Source: a virus
Lineage: Duplodnaviria; Caudoviricetes
Strand: one strand, 5' to 3'
Virus record (IMG/VR): IMGVR_UViG_2615840593_000003
Span: 32,001 to 96,000 of that record
Length of the DNA: 64,000 nt
Shown: piece after piece, positions 1-10,376 of the stretch
How positions within the stretch are numbered: position 1 is the stretch's first letter
How the letters are laid out: the number at the start of each line of letters is the position of its first letter
Notes under the pieces: generated by a model
The model's database searches: none
What the model was told of the DNA's origin: nothing
Seen by the model: the letters and a program-made list of their open reading frames with translations, nothing else
Program-made: the position numbers and the translations under genes

Positions 1-1
1 C

Positions 2-280
2 TTGCATTGCTTTTTGCGCCCATTCTTCAACTTCTGAATAAGATGTAGTATAGACTAACAATAAGTTATCTAAATTAATGCCTTGTCCTTCTAATGATTC
101 TAAGTAGTTGTCTACGCTACCTGCTTCACAGTCGATATATAATACACGTAACGGTTTACCACTTTCACTTGTCATCTTCATGAAGTCTAATGCGAATGTT
201 GACTTCCAAGTTCCTGCCTCACCAAAGTTAAAGAATTTTAAACCTTTTTTTACTGTACTTCCACGTTTAGCTTTTGCCAT
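2..280 (-). CDS. AAA-family ATPase (Sak4/YorG-like), N-terminal part, runs off window
   Basis: Own translation MAKAKRGSTVKKGLKFFNFGEAGTWKSTFALDF...VLYIDCEAGS; Walker A GEAGTWKS; RBS gaggag; not in ORF track. Confidence 0.8.
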   Translation of the reverse strand, partial: MAKAKRGSTVKKGLKFFNFGEAGTWKSTFALDFMKMTSESGKPLRVLYIDCEAGSVDNYLESLEGQGINLDNLLLVYTTSYSEVEEWAQKAMQ

Positions 281-355
281 GAATAAATTACTCTCCTCTA
301 AATTATGTATTTTTCATTTTATTTATTTTGTACAATGTTATGTATTAATTAGCTA

Positions 356-1387
356 CTACCAAGGCAAATCGTCCTCTTCTACTTCTACTCCTTTTTTCTC
401 ACTATTTGAATCTTGTTTACCCCAATTATCAGATGATTTTTGTTGACCTTCAGCATTCAGTTTTTCTAATGCTTCATCTACAATTGATTGTGCATACGTT
501 TCAACGTCAATCGTTTCTGGGTTAGCACCTTCAATTACATACTCACGAGTGTAAGATGTATTTGCTCGATCAAATGAGTTTGTTTTACCCCAAGAGTCAG
601 TTTCTTTTACTTCTTCTACGTCAGCCTTATTAATGATTTTTCCACTAACATCAATAGATGTGTATGGCTTTAAATTCTTCTTGATCATATTTGCTAGAGA
701 CTTTTCATAAATTACAAACTCTGCATTTTCGATTGAATTTTGAGTAATGATCTTTGCTTCAACTAAGAACTTATCTCCACTTTCTGCTTTTTCAATTCCG
801 ACGAATACAATAGTTTGCTTAAAGTCTGATAGTGATTCAAACCCATCTTCGTCAAAATCAATATCCTTAGAGTTTAAGAATACTGCATCAGCAAGCAACT
901 TTTTGTTGCGAATAGCATCACCATCACGATTTTTAAATGAAGAATACTCAATTTTACCTTGTACATAAATGGAAGTATCATCACTTAGACCGCTAATTAA
1001 AGCTTCAGGTGCATCGTATTGAGCAAACGTAGAGATGATATTTTTACCTTTCTCATCTTTCTCTAATCCTAAGCGAGTACCAATAACCTTAAATCCTTCC
1101 CCTTCATGATTGTATCGATCATCCCAAGGTACGACTTTTTTCTGTGATTTTTCTCCTTTAACTTCAGACTGTTTGAACAAGTGAGCTTCCTTTGTTTTAA
1201 AGCCTTCTGCATTAATAAATACAATCGATTCTTGGTCAACTTTTACGCCGAATTTTGCAGTATTTTTTTCTGATCCTGATGTAAACGTATGTGACTTTAA
1301 TGCATCCTCTTTTTTCAATCCTGTTGCAAGACCTCGTAAACGGAAGAATCCTTTTGTTTCTGGTAGTCCATGAGTAGTTTTTGCCAT
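356..1387 (-). CDS. Putative ssDNA-binding/recombination protein (YorF-like)
   Basis: OB-fold-like segments, acidic tail EEDDLPW, upstream of the AAA ATPase; start moved to MAKTT using RBS ggagag. Confidence 0.6.
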   Translation of the reverse strand: MAKTTHGLPETKGFFRLRGLATGLKKEDALKSHTFTSGSEKNTAKFGVKVDQESIVFINAEGFKTKEAHLFKQSEVKGEKSQKKVVPWDDRYNHEGEGFKVIGTRLGLEKDEKGKNIISTFAQYDAPEALISGLSDDTSIYVQGKIEYSSFKNRDGDAIRNKKLLADAVFLNSKDIDFDEDGFESLSDFKQTIVFVGIEKAESGDKFLVEAKIITQNSIENAEFVIYEKSLANMIKKNLKPYTSIDVSGKIINKADVEEVKETDSWGKTNSFDRANTSYTREYVIEGANPETIDVETYAQSIVDEALEKLNAEGQQKSSDNWGKQDSNSEKKGVEVEEDDLPW

Positions 1388-1427
1388 ATTAATAAATCTC
1401 TCCATTTCAATTATGTATTTTATCATT

Positions 1428-1605
1428 TAACTATCGAACCTATCACAATGTACCTAACTAAATTTTAAATAATATTAAGATTTTATTTTGAGAATATGTA
1501 ATAAGCTTTGGCGGAACTTACTACTTGAGAACATGCGATTGTTTAGTATTTCACCTTTATATGTATAAATTTTAATTATTTACATCACTCAAGGTTCGAT
1601 AGTTA
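1428..1605 (-). other. Structured leader bounded by a perfect 14-bp inverted repeat
   Basis: taactatcgaacct (1428-1441) and aggttcgatagtta (1592-1605). Confidence 0.55.
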
Positions 1606-1631
1606 TTTTTAATTATGTATAACTTTACTTA

Positions 1632-2252
1632 CTATGCTTTTATTTCTTCATCTAAACCTTCACGCTTGAAATAGTACTTACTTCTCGGATTCGTCCAAGG
1701 TGGAGGTTTAATTTCTTTCCATTGCTCTTTATTCATTATTCCATCTTTTACAACTTTAATTACTTGTTTTTCATGTAACTTCAATCCTTCATAGTCAGAA
1801 CCTTTATCAATTGCTTTGGCTATTTCTGATAAGATGAATGCGTCTATTACATTATCACTTGGATGTTTGTATCCCCAACGTTTTTCTATAGGAGTTACCA
1901 TCATTTTCTTAGAAGCTCTTCCATTACCAGTTGCAAACTTCTTTAAACCACCTGGACTTACATCATAGTATTTAAATCCTGCTTTATATAGATTCTCTCT
2001 AATTACCCATCCGACTCCAAATTGATAATCAATCCCTTGTCCAACGGAGTTATAACTAAAGTTTTCAATGCAGATGATATCTGTTTCTAAGTTTAATTTC
2101 TTAATTATTTCTTCAGCAATGTAAATCATTCTTTCTGGATCTTTCCTGTATGTATAGAATAAATCGGTTTCAACTATAATATTACCTTTTACATCTTGTA
2201 TGAAAAAACCTGTCATTGATGATGGGTCAATTCCAACATAACGTTTGATCAA
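1632..2252 (-). CDS. RuvC-like Holliday junction resolvase
   Basis: Acidic motifs YVGIDPS, CIENFSY, GLKKFATG, SDNVIDAF. Confidence 0.85.
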   Translation of the reverse strand: MIKRYVGIDPSSMTGFFIQDVKGNIIVETDLFYTYRKDPERMIYIAEEIIKKLNLETDIICIENFSYNSVGQGIDYQFGVGWVIRENLYKAGFKYYDVSPGGLKKFATGNGRASKKMMVTPIEKRWGYKHPSDNVIDAFILSEIAKAIDKGSDYEGLKLHEKQVIKVVKDGIMNKEQWKEIKPPPWTNPRSKYYFKREGLDEEIKA

Positions 2253-2617
2253 TCAGCATCACCATCTACGTTTTCTTTTAACTTAGGATTGTATTGAAGA
2301 ATAGTCACCTTATCCAAAACATGCTGTACAATCTCATCTCTTAGCTTTTCAATACGCATATGTGCATCTTCAATTTTTCCTGACATTGTAGCAGATATAG
2401 GTATTTCATAATTCACTAATCCATTTAATAACGATTTTAAGTTTCCGAAGTATCCAACGTCTTTATAATCGAACTCATTAATCAATGGGGCATTTCTGCC
2501 TTTCCCATCTCTCTTTTGATAGCGTTTCTGTAAGATGATGTTACGTTGATCACTTGTAATTCGATAATCTTCAGTTAATTGTACTGCATTCTTTTCTTCT
2601 ACTAAAGTTTCTACCAT
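2249..2617 (-). CDS. Phage protein (DUF5405-like)
   Basis: YRITSDQRNIILQKR...VGYFGNL pattern. Confidence 0.5.
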   Translation of the reverse strand: MVETLVEEKNAVQLTEDYRITSDQRNIILQKRYQKRDGKGRNAPLINEFDYKDVGYFGNLKSLLNGLVNYEIPISATMSGKIEDAHMRIEKLRDEIVQHVLDKVTILQYNPKLKENVDGDAD

Positions 2618-2838
2618 TTAATCACCTTACTTTTATGTATTTTACTTACTAATACTATCACTTTTTAGAAAATGTATCTCCAGTAGCAGTTTCTTGATTG
2701 TCTTATTACACCAAACAGCATTATCACGAGTAAATTCTTTTTGATCATTCAAATAATCTAATTCGTTCAAAATCTCCTGTTCGTCATAAGTCAATCTCCT
2801 GACCATCGTAATCACTCCCTCTCTTAACTTATATATTT

Positions 2839-2883
2839 ATTATAACATCCTAATTTTATATTTCAAGCATTTTTATGTATTTT
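2839..2883 (-). promoter_or_regulatory. sigmaA-type promoter with upstream AAATACATAA element
   Basis: Minus strand aaatacataaaaatgc-TTGAAA-16bp-TATAAT. Confidence 0.65.
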
Positions 2884-2888
2884 ATTAT

Positions 2889-3449
2889 TTAATTTTTAAG
2901 TCCTGATTTTACTACTTCTAATTCTTTTTGTAATTGTGCAATTTGTGTCTCTAAATTACTTACCTTTTCTAACTGTTTCTTTTCTAATAGATCCTTTTCA
3001 TACTCTGTTAACCATTTCTCTTGTAACGACCATAAATCTCGCTCATACCCTTGGAATTCATGATTCAATAGCTTTACTTCTTTAACAATTGATACTTTAG
3101 GTAAATGCACGTCATAACTTATTCCACAGCAATCTTTGTCAGAATTATAACCTTCATCTTTAGGTTTACACTGACAATAACCACCCTGCATCTGACCAAT
3201 GTCTAATTCAATTGTATATGTAATAGGATTATTTGCTTCATAGATCTCTAACCATCCATTAGAATAACCGTCAAATTCATCTGGATCATTATAATCGATA
3301 TTATAACTACTGTCTTCGTATTGAGTTAGCAACTCTTTCATTTCTGGATAGCTCTCTAATTGAATCAAAGTTTCATAGTAAGGAATAAGACGTTCTTTTA
3401 CTTCCTGATTTAAAATGAAATCCTTAAGATCATCATAAAATTTATGCAT
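2889..3449 (-). CDS. Hypothetical protein
   Basis: 186-aa ORF, RBS ggagga. Confidence 0.75.
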   Translation of the reverse strand: MHKFYDDLKDFILNQEVKERLIPYYETLIQLESYPEMKELLTQYEDSSYNIDYNDPDEFDGYSNGWLEIYEANNPITYTIELDIGQMQGGYCQCKPKDEGYNSDKDCCGISYDVHLPKVSIVKEVKLLNHEFQGYERDLWSLQEKWLTEYEKDLLEKKQLEKVSNLETQIAQLQKELEVVKSGLKN

Positions 3450-3486
3450 TTATCTTCCTCCAGTTTTTATAAAATGTGATTATTAT

Positions 3487-3819
3487 TTAAACCAACATAC
3501 TTTCATCAAATTCATCAAAAGCAATTTTTGCATAGCAGCTTTGGATTTTTCCATTTTTAAAATATTTCTTCCAGATATCATCATTCTCTTCACCTTCCCC
3601 ACTCAACAAGAACACGACTTCAGGATAGTGTAGTGATAATTTTTTCATGTCTTCTTCATGATCGTACCAATTTACTCCATCACATGTTTCTCCATTATCA
3701 TCAATTGCATAATCAAATCCTTCAAAATCAAACTTACCTTCTTCCCATTCTTGATAGATGTCGTTAATACTTGGTTCACCTTTATAAACTGTTAAATTAA
3801 ATGTCGTACTATATCCCAT
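3487..3819 (-). CDS. Hypothetical phage protein
   Basis: 110-aa ORF with RBS; stop abuts junction site 3469-3486. Confidence 0.75.
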   Translation of the reverse strand: MGYSTTFNLTVYKGEPSINDIYQEWEEGKFDFEGFDYAIDDNGETCDGVNWYDHEEDMKKLSLHYPEVVFLLSGEGEENDDIWKKYFKNGKIQSCYAKIAFDEFDESMLV

Positions 3820-3848
3820 ACTACCTTCTCCTTTTTTATATGAATTAT

Positions 3849-4256
3849 TTAAGATAAAAAATTCAAAACGTCTCTAATCTCCCCTTTAGACAGTTCTTTA
3901 ATGTACACATCACCACTGTCCTCATGAATTGAAATGTTAACACTATCATCTGTTTTATATAGAACTACCTCTTTACCAGTATCGATTTTTAATTTAATTT
4001 CATCATCAAAACAAATACATTTGCTTCCATCATATAAATCAATTAATCCCTCACTAAAACCTAAGGACAAGATACAGAATGTTTCTTCATCGCCATATTG
4101 ATTGATCGTATCACTTGAAATACCTACTTCATTTAGTAATTCATGATTTTCTTTACTATTTTCAACTAGTACATATGCACAATCTCCTCCACTGACTTCA
4201 ATAACCTCTAGACTATTTAATGCATTGATTACTTCTTTTTTGTTTAACTTATTCAT
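3849..4256 (-). CDS. Hypothetical protein
   Basis: 135-aa ORF with RBS. Confidence 0.7.
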   Translation of the reverse strand: MNKLNKKEVINALNSLEVIEVSGGDCAYVLVENSKENHELLNEVGISSDTINQYGDEETFCILSLGFSEGLIDLYDGSKCICFDDEIKLKIDTGKEVVLYKTDDSVNISIHEDSGDVYIKELSKGEIRDVLNFLS

Positions 4257-4260
4257 TATA

Positions 4261-4515
4261 TTATTCTCCCTCTTTCAATTTAGGTTTATAAACATCTGGA
4301 CGTGTATCTTTATACCACTTGATAAATTGTTTCTTATATCTAATAAATTTCACAAAATAAGTAACACCTTTAATGCGTTGGTATAGCCATACGTTGAATA
4401 TGTACCAAATAGGATATAAAAGTAAGCTAATTACTAGTAGACTTCCTAAAATAATAATTAAGACTGCTGATATGTATGAACTGACTGATAAAACATTTAT
4501 TACAAAATCATTCAA
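4261..4515 (-). CDS. Small membrane protein
   Basis: Hydrophobic N-terminal helix, RBS gaggag. Confidence 0.65.
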   Translation of the reverse strand: MNDFVINVLSVSSYISAVLIIILGSLLVISLLLYPIWYIFNVWLYQRIKGVTYFVKFIRYKKQFIKWYKDTRPDVYKPKLKEGE

Positions 4516-4559
4516 GATACATTACTCTCCTCTTTTAATAAAACTGAAATATTATTTAA

Positions 4560-5543
4560 TTATTTTGCATTTAAATCTGCTGAATGTAAGAACATTAAAT
4601 CCTCATACTGTTCAACTGTCAGTAACTCACGTAATTTACGCTCCTGTTTTACACTCATATCCATAGGAGTCATGTGGAATTGAACTAAATCAACTATGTA
4701 CTTAATGAAGTTATCTTCGTATCCTAATACCGATAACCAATAGCAAGCTAACTGTGCGCTTACAAATTCATGACCAATATATGATGCATATCGTTTCTCT
4801 TCACCTTTATAATTGATAAATGATTTACACCAACCTTTACCTAAATCATGAAATAGTGAAGCGATCAACATTTCCTTTTTACGATTATCTTTATAGTTTT
4901 TCATTACAAATTCATACACATAGAAGATATGACGACTAATTGAAAATGAATGATACTTGGAGTCATGTGGTTTGTCATAAACATCTTCAAAGGAATCAAT
5001 AATTTTCATCAACTCTTCCATTAAATCTTCATGATTTGGCGACTCATCAGATAATAAGTATTCAAATCGTTCACTATAAAACTTATCCAACTTTAGCTCT
5101 GGGTGAATTAACTTAACATCATTCCACCCTTCATTAATTGTAGGAATTTGAGCAGACATATACATCTTATTCAATACTTCAAATCCAACTTTCCGTTCAC
5201 GTTGGGAATCATTATGTAAGCATTCGCCAAACAATGAGTTGAAATAATAAGCATAAAACTCGTCAGCTTTAATTTCGTTTTTAATTAAATGAATTCTACG
5301 TTTACGGTTTAAGTTTGTAGCATCGTAAATGACATCTCGACCTTCACTTAATAGATTATTAATACGAATATGTAATTCTTTGAAAATCATTTCATTTTGA
5401 GACTGAACATTTACATCTCCTAATAATTCCTCACGCAAGCTGTCTGAAGATAAGACTATTGCATTCAATAATTTAGCCATTTCTTTAGCTATTGTTGATT
5501 TACCAACAGCAGGTAGACCAATAAGAACATGAAGTTTACTCAT
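4560..5543 (-). CDS. Polynucleotide kinase (AAA_33) fused to an HD domain
   Basis: Walker A GLPAVGKST, SSDSLR, YDATN; HD motif LFHDLGK. Confidence 0.85.
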   Translation of the reverse strand: MSKLHVLIGLPAVGKSTIAKEMAKLLNAIVLSSDSLREELLGDVNVQSQNEMIFKELHIRINNLLSEGRDVIYDATNLNRKRRIHLIKNEIKADEFYAYYFNSLFGECLHNDSQRERKVGFEVLNKMYMSAQIPTINEGWNDVKLIHPELKLDKFYSERFEYLLSDESPNHEDLMEELMKIIDSFEDVYDKPHDSKYHSFSISRHIFYVYEFVMKNYKDNRKKEMLIASLFHDLGKGWCKSFINYKGEEKRYASYIGHEFVSAQLACYWLSVLGYEDNFIKYIVDLVQFHMTPMDMSVKQERKLRELLTVEQYEDLMFLHSADLNAK

Positions 5544-6348
5544 AGTTGCGACACTCCTCAATAATTTTATTCTTGATAATGTCTTGTGATAGTTTAATAA
5601 ATTTATCCTTTACTGAATAATCAATTGTACTTTCATCAATTTTGCTTAAAACATCATCCTTAAATAATTTAGCTTGTTTAGTCACTTCCTCCATTAACAA
5701 CTTGGCTTCACTTAAAATAACCTCATTCTTTTTTGTACTCAAAATTAATTCTATTGAATTTGAAGGAATTAACGATTCTTTCATTGATCTTTTATGTAAA
5801 TAGTAATCTTGCATCATTACATATAATCGGATAACGTGAGAGAGTTGCTTGCCGTCATATCCGTATTTTTCAATCTTATGAGCAATTGTTGGATAAGGAT
5901 GACACAATGCTTTTTGTTTTTCACACATCATTCCATACATGGCTCTAATCATTTGTGCTGATAACTTTTCCACTAACTCATCTTTAAGGCTAAAAATTTC
6001 ATCAAATTCCTTTTCAAAACGATTATCTACAATATAATAATCAGTAAACAAAGTTTCGATATAAGCAGGATTTGCTTTGATTAACGTTTGGAAATAACTT
6101 CGAATATCTTTTAAATCACACTGTCCCCATTCAGTCTCAATTACTGTTGAAATTGGTTTACTATTATAGATCAACTCGTCTAACGTAGGAACAATGACAG
6201 CTTTCATATCGATATCAGACTGATATTCTTCATCGTTGATGTCTAAGTTATAATTTTGAGAACCATAAATTGAAATATATGCTACTGTATAACCTTGAGA
6301 TTCAAGGACTTTCTTTTGTTTAATTAAATTTTCATATAATCTATTCAT
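5536..6348 (-). CDS. Pol-beta superfamily nucleotidyltransferase
   Basis: YGSQNY...SDIDMK motif; ANPAYIE; YDGKQLSHVIRL. Confidence 0.8.
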   Translation of the reverse strand: MNRLYENLIKQKKVLESQGYTVAYISIYGSQNYNLDINDEEYQSDIDMKAVIVPTLDELIYNSKPISTVIETEWGQCDLKDIRSYFQTLIKANPAYIETLFTDYYIVDNRFEKEFDEIFSLKDELVEKLSAQMIRAMYGMMCEKQKALCHPYPTIAHKIEKYGYDGKQLSHVIRLYVMMQDYYLHKRSMKESLIPSNSIELILSTKKNEVILSEAKLLMEEVTKQAKLFKDDVLSKIDESTIDYSVKDKFIKLSQDIIKNKIIEECRNYE

Positions 6349-6359
6349 GACAATTCTCC

Positions 6360-7277
6360 TTAGCTAAAAATTTCACGTTTAGTCATTTTGACTTTCTGAG
6401 TAATAAGATGGTTTAAAGTTTTAAAATCTATTTTAGGTTGTTTGTGCTTCTTAATGATATTCCAAGTTTCCTCTTTGATTAATTCTGAGAATACTCGACC
6501 TAATAACATAGGAATGTATTTACTAGTCCATCCTTCATTTTCATTTACAATTTTAGAGTATTCTTTTTCAATGAATGCTTCTGTACAATACTCATCTACA
6601 ATAACTTCTTCAATCATTTTTCCTGCTTTTATTTCATTGTAACCCATAGCTTTATTATGTATTTCCTTAAATTCAGTAGTAACGATCTTAGCCCATGTTT
6701 GACGTTTATATTTGTTATAGAAGTTATAGTTCTTAATTACAACTCCTTCACCTACTCCTGCTCCATCTTTAATCAAAAATTGATTCTTATCTAATGATTT
6801 CAAGAATGCCTCATAATTACCATTTACTACTTTTGCAATTGGAATGATGAAATCTAAATTGTGTTCTTCTAATAAAGGCTTATAGATGTCATATGGTATG
6901 TATTCTACGCTTTCTTCACCTTTATCAAGAGTAATATCAAACACGTAGAATTTGCGCCAAGCATCTTCTCGATAAGTTTTTAATGAATGAGGTACTAACC
7001 ATTCTCCATACAGACGATGTGTTGGATGAGCTTCTAGATAATTTTTGATATTTACATTGTTTAAAACATATTCATAAAAACCTGCATTATCTTTTTCTAA
7101 TGATAGTTCACGATTTCGACTACCTGCTTTAATATTTCCTTCGTCATCTACCCAAACACTAGCGTTAGTTCCATCTAATTTAGGGAAAATTAATACTTCT
7201 CCAAATTCAATATCTGTTACATCATCTGTTCCGTATCTTTCTAAGTGTTGGTATTTTTTAAATTGCATAATTAACAT
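6360..7277 (-). CDS. RNA ligase (Rnl2-like)
   Basis: Motif I PKLDGTN, GSRNR, LYGEW, FYVFDI, GEGVVIK, WAKIV. Confidence 0.85.
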   Translation of the reverse strand: MLIMQFKKYQHLERYGTDDVTDIEFGEVLIFPKLDGTNASVWVDDEGNIKAGSRNRELSLEKDNAGFYEYVLNNVNIKNYLEAHPTHRLYGEWLVPHSLKTYREDAWRKFYVFDITLDKGEESVEYIPYDIYKPLLEEHNLDFIIPIAKVVNGNYEAFLKSLDKNQFLIKDGAGVGEGVVIKNYNFYNKYKRQTWAKIVTTEFKEIHNKAMGYNEIKAGKMIEEVIVDEYCTEAFIEKEYSKIVNENEGWTSKYIPMLLGRVFSELIKEETWNIIKKHKQPKIDFKTLNHLITQKVKMTKREIFS

Positions 7278-7337
7278 CTCCTTGTTTTATGTATATTATT
7301 AATTAATTTTATAAAAGCAGAATATTATTTAACTAAA

Positions 7338-8612
7338 TTACCATAAATCTTCCATATCGGAACTACTTATTTCTGTTGATACTTCAGTTTTAGGTTCATC
7401 TTTAATTCCAAGCCACTCTTTCCATTCCGTATCTGGAACTTCTCTAATTACCTTACATTTAGTTGCAGTTATTTCATGTAAACTATCATCAATTACATCT
7501 ACACCGTCAATCTCAACTTCAATTAAAACCTTATCAGTGTTGCTGAAATATGTGGAACTCTTTAATTCGTATTTATGATTGAAGAATAACTTACCATGAG
7601 CACCATATGAACTATTCGGATACTCTTTTTCGGCTTTCACTTCTTCTCCAATTACATATTTAAATGCGGAACGGAAGAAGCTTTGTAATGATTCTTCTGA
7701 TTTTTCAACAAACTTATAGAATTTCTTATCTTTATATAACTCATTAACATCAAGTTCAGTTGCTTCTTTTTCTGACGCATATTCTCCAATTACTTCACCA
7801 TTAATAACTCTGTATTCATTGCCATCCTTTAGTTTAACAACCAATCTTTCACCTTTATCTAAATCATCTAGAATTTCATCAATATCATAATCGATAGGAC
7901 GATACTCTTTGAAGAAGTTTTCTGATTTAGAGAAGTTTGCAATACGATCAATAGCTACTTGTAAATCAAACTCTTCATCTTTTACATCATCAAATAGTCG
8001 GTCATAAGATTCACCATACATTCCACCTAGTTGTTCTTTTAGCTCATCATAAGATTTAATATCCAATGTCATACAAGTCATTAGAACACGGAAATATTCT
8101 GCTTTTGAGATTTTATATCCTTTATCTTCATACTTTTGTGTACGAATAGCTGAAATTAATGGATAGCTTGTATTTGAATTAAATCGTAAAATACGTTGTG
8201 AATTATGTTTTAAGAACTCGGGATGTAAAATGAATTCCTCAATCTCAAAATCATATGCACCCATACAAACTGTAAAATCATATGTATTAAAAATATCTTC
8301 AACTTTTTCATATGTACGATAGTGAATAATCTGTACTAAAATTTGTTTTTCTAAGTATTTCTGAATAAATTGTGTAGCTTTCTTTGTGTGTGAGACTACA
8401 TGGTTTCCAGATAAAGTTCTGTCTGCAAATAGATATAGTGAATTATAATCACGGAAATATACATCTACGTCATTGATATCTTTATTAGTGAACAAACTTG
8501 AGATCATTCCACCTGCAATAATAGCTTTGGATCTCTTTAGTGAGTTGTATAAGTCTTCCCCTAAGTATGCTTTCAGTTTATTCTTTTCAAATGTAAAATC
8601 GAATTGCATCAA
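7338..8612 (-). CDS. Nucleotidyltransferase with a poly(A) polymerase/CCA-adding head-like domain
   Basis: IIAGG...INDVDVYF, YDFTVCM, RTQKYEDKGY. Confidence 0.65.
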   Translation of the reverse strand: MMQFDFTFEKNKLKAYLGEDLYNSLKRSKAIIAGGMISSLFTNKDINDVDVYFRDYNSLYLFADRTLSGNHVVSHTKKATQFIQKYLEKQILVQIIHYRTYEKVEDIFNTYDFTVCMGAYDFEIEEFILHPEFLKHNSQRILRFNSNTSYPLISAIRTQKYEDKGYKISKAEYFRVLMTCMTLDIKSYDELKEQLGGMYGESYDRLFDDVKDEEFDLQVAIDRIANFSKSENFFKEYRPIDYDIDEILDDLDKGERLVVKLKDGNEYRVINGEVIGEYASEKEATELDVNELYKDKKFYKFVEKSEESLQSFFRSAFKYVIGEEVKAEKEYPNSSYGAHGKLFFNHKYELKSSTYFSNTDKVLIEVEIDGVDVIDDSLHEITATKCKVIREVPDTEWKEWLGIKDEPKTEVSTEISSSDMEDLW

Positions 8613-8670
8613 AAATCATTCTCCTTTTTATGTATTTTTATTATCAATTTTAGATAATACGTGTATTTTA

Positions 8671-9228
8671 TTAATTTTCTAATAATGCTACCATACTAAC
8701 TCTATTGCTTTTACCTGCTAAAATATCTGCAAATTCAACAGTTTTCTTTGCTTTCCGTTCTTTATCATAAGTATGAAGGTGAGTTTTTACCTTTTCTAAT
8801 ACATTAATAAATGCGTCATTCTCTTTAACCTCAATATTGCTTTCTAACAAGAAGTATCTTACTTTATCAGTACTTATACGATGCAATGCTGATTTTAGAA
8901 AAAGACCTAATTCAACTCCGTCTTTCTGTGTGTATGTAATAACTTTTGCAATCAATCCATTCATTTCTTCTAAAGATATTTTCTCTGAACTAGCAGTAAG
9001 AGAAGCTATTGCATAAGAGTCTAACAATTGATCTTGTCTTATTGGATTCTTGTTCTCTGTTTCATTCCATAAATCAACTATATCTAACATCTGAATACCT
9101 TGATTTGACCAAGCGAATTCAATAGTTTCTAACTTTAAAAACAATGTTTCAATTTCCTTTTTTGTTCTAGGTTTAAACATGTTTATAAAAAGCTCTTTAT
9201 TTTTATTAACCCATGTTTCCTCATTCAT
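8671..9228 (-). CDS. Hypothetical protein
   Basis: 185-aa ORF between junction sites 8654 and 9259. Confidence 0.7.
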   Translation of the reverse strand: MNEETWVNKNKELFINMFKPRTKKEIETLFLKLETIEFAWSNQGIQMLDIVDLWNETENKNPIRQDQLLDSYAIASLTASSEKISLEEMNGLIAKVITYTQKDGVELGLFLKSALHRISTDKVRYFLLESNIEVKENDAFINVLEKVKTHLHTYDKERKAKKTVEFADILAGKSNRVSMVALLEN

Positions 9229-9276
9229 AAGTTAATCCACCTTTATGTATTTTTTAAGGTAATATCGTACTATCAT

Positions 9277-9768
9277 TTAAAACCAACTTGGTACTTCTTC
9301 TTGTTCCATTAAAAATTTTCTGTCATATTTTAAAGATCCAATTTTTCGTTCATATTCTAATATTTCGTTATCAATTTTATCAATCAATTTATCCTTACTT
9401 TTCTTAGCATCTTTCGTCTTAAGATGTTTTGGAAACTTCCAACCTCCTGAATCAATAGCTATGGAGATTACATCATCTTTTTCATAATCCTCTTTAGCAC
9501 TTTCACTAATATAAATTATTTCATCTCTGTCAAAAACCAGTGTAAATATACTAAAGTTTTCATCGGTGATTTGTATGTATAAGCTATCCTGTCCACTCCA
9601 ATATGTATCTCTCATAAAATAATCATGATCAACTTTTACAACTTCGAAAGTCCAATTACAGCAATGATATAAATCATTCTCAAATAATTTACTTCTATAC
9701 TTCTTATCAGGCTTACATTTATAAATAGCATTCAAATTTAATTTTTCAATATTCTCTTGTGATAACAT
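9277..9768 (-). CDS. Hypothetical phage protein
   Basis: 163-aa ORF with RBS, between sites 9259 and 9786. Confidence 0.75.
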   Translation of the reverse strand: MLSQENIEKLNLNAIYKCKPDKKYRSKLFENDLYHCCNWTFEVVKVDHDYFMRDTYWSGQDSLYIQITDENFSIFTLVFDRDEIIYISESAKEDYEKDDVISIAIDSGGWKFPKHLKTKDAKKSKDKLIDKIDNEILEYERKIGSLKYDRKFLMEQEEVPSWF

Positions 9769-9799
9769 GAACTCATCTCCTTTTCATAAAAGTGAATTA

Positions 9800-10009
9800 T
9801 TATTTAAAGTCTTCTTTAAGCAATTCGCTAATTTTTATTGACAGTTCCATAGCTAGTCTTTTTCTCCCTTCTAGCTCGTAATATTCAATCCTATCAGGAT
9901 TTATATCAGTGTTTAAACAAGACTTTACTTCTTCTTTTAATATATCGCCTAATTGGTATAATATTGAGTATCCTCCCATAAAACTCCTCATTTCTTCGTT
10001 TTTTATCAA
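9800..10009 (-). CDS. Hypothetical protein
   Basis: 69-aa ORF filling the space between sites 9786 and 10005; start uncertain. Confidence 0.5.
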   Translation of the reverse strand: MIKNEEMRSFMGGYSILYQLGDILKEEVKSCLNTDINPDRIEYYELEGRKRLAMELSIKISELLKEDFK

Positions 10010-10022
10010 AGTGAACTATTAT

Positions 10023-10376
10023 TTATTTCTCGTTCTCTATAACATTTAACATGTAATTAATATCTACATACGTACAATTATTGACTTTCTTCATCTGTAG
10101 TAAATCAGCATGTAGTTTGTATAACTTGATTTCTAACTTCTTATATCTGTCCAATTCATCATAATCGATGATAACAGTGTGCTGTTTTGGTAATTGATCT
10201 GTAAAATTACCGATTTCATTTCCTAACTCATAAACTGACAAACAATCCTCTCGAAACCCTGTTCTTAGTGCTATGAACTCTTTATTTTTATCAATGTATG
10301 TTACTGTTTCTATATTATTGAAGCCTCTCTTAGCTTCTTCTAAAAAGTTAAGTGCTTCTGGTGGAATCTGATTCAT
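10023..10376 (-). CDS. Hypothetical protein
   Basis: 117-aa ORF, RBS aaggag. Confidence 0.75.
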   Translation of the reverse strand: MNQIPPEALNFLEEAKRGFNNIETVTYIDKNKEFIALRTGFREDCLSVYELGNEIGNFTDQLPKQHTVIIDYDELDRYKKLEIKLYKLHADLLQMKKVNNCTYVDINYMLNVIENEK

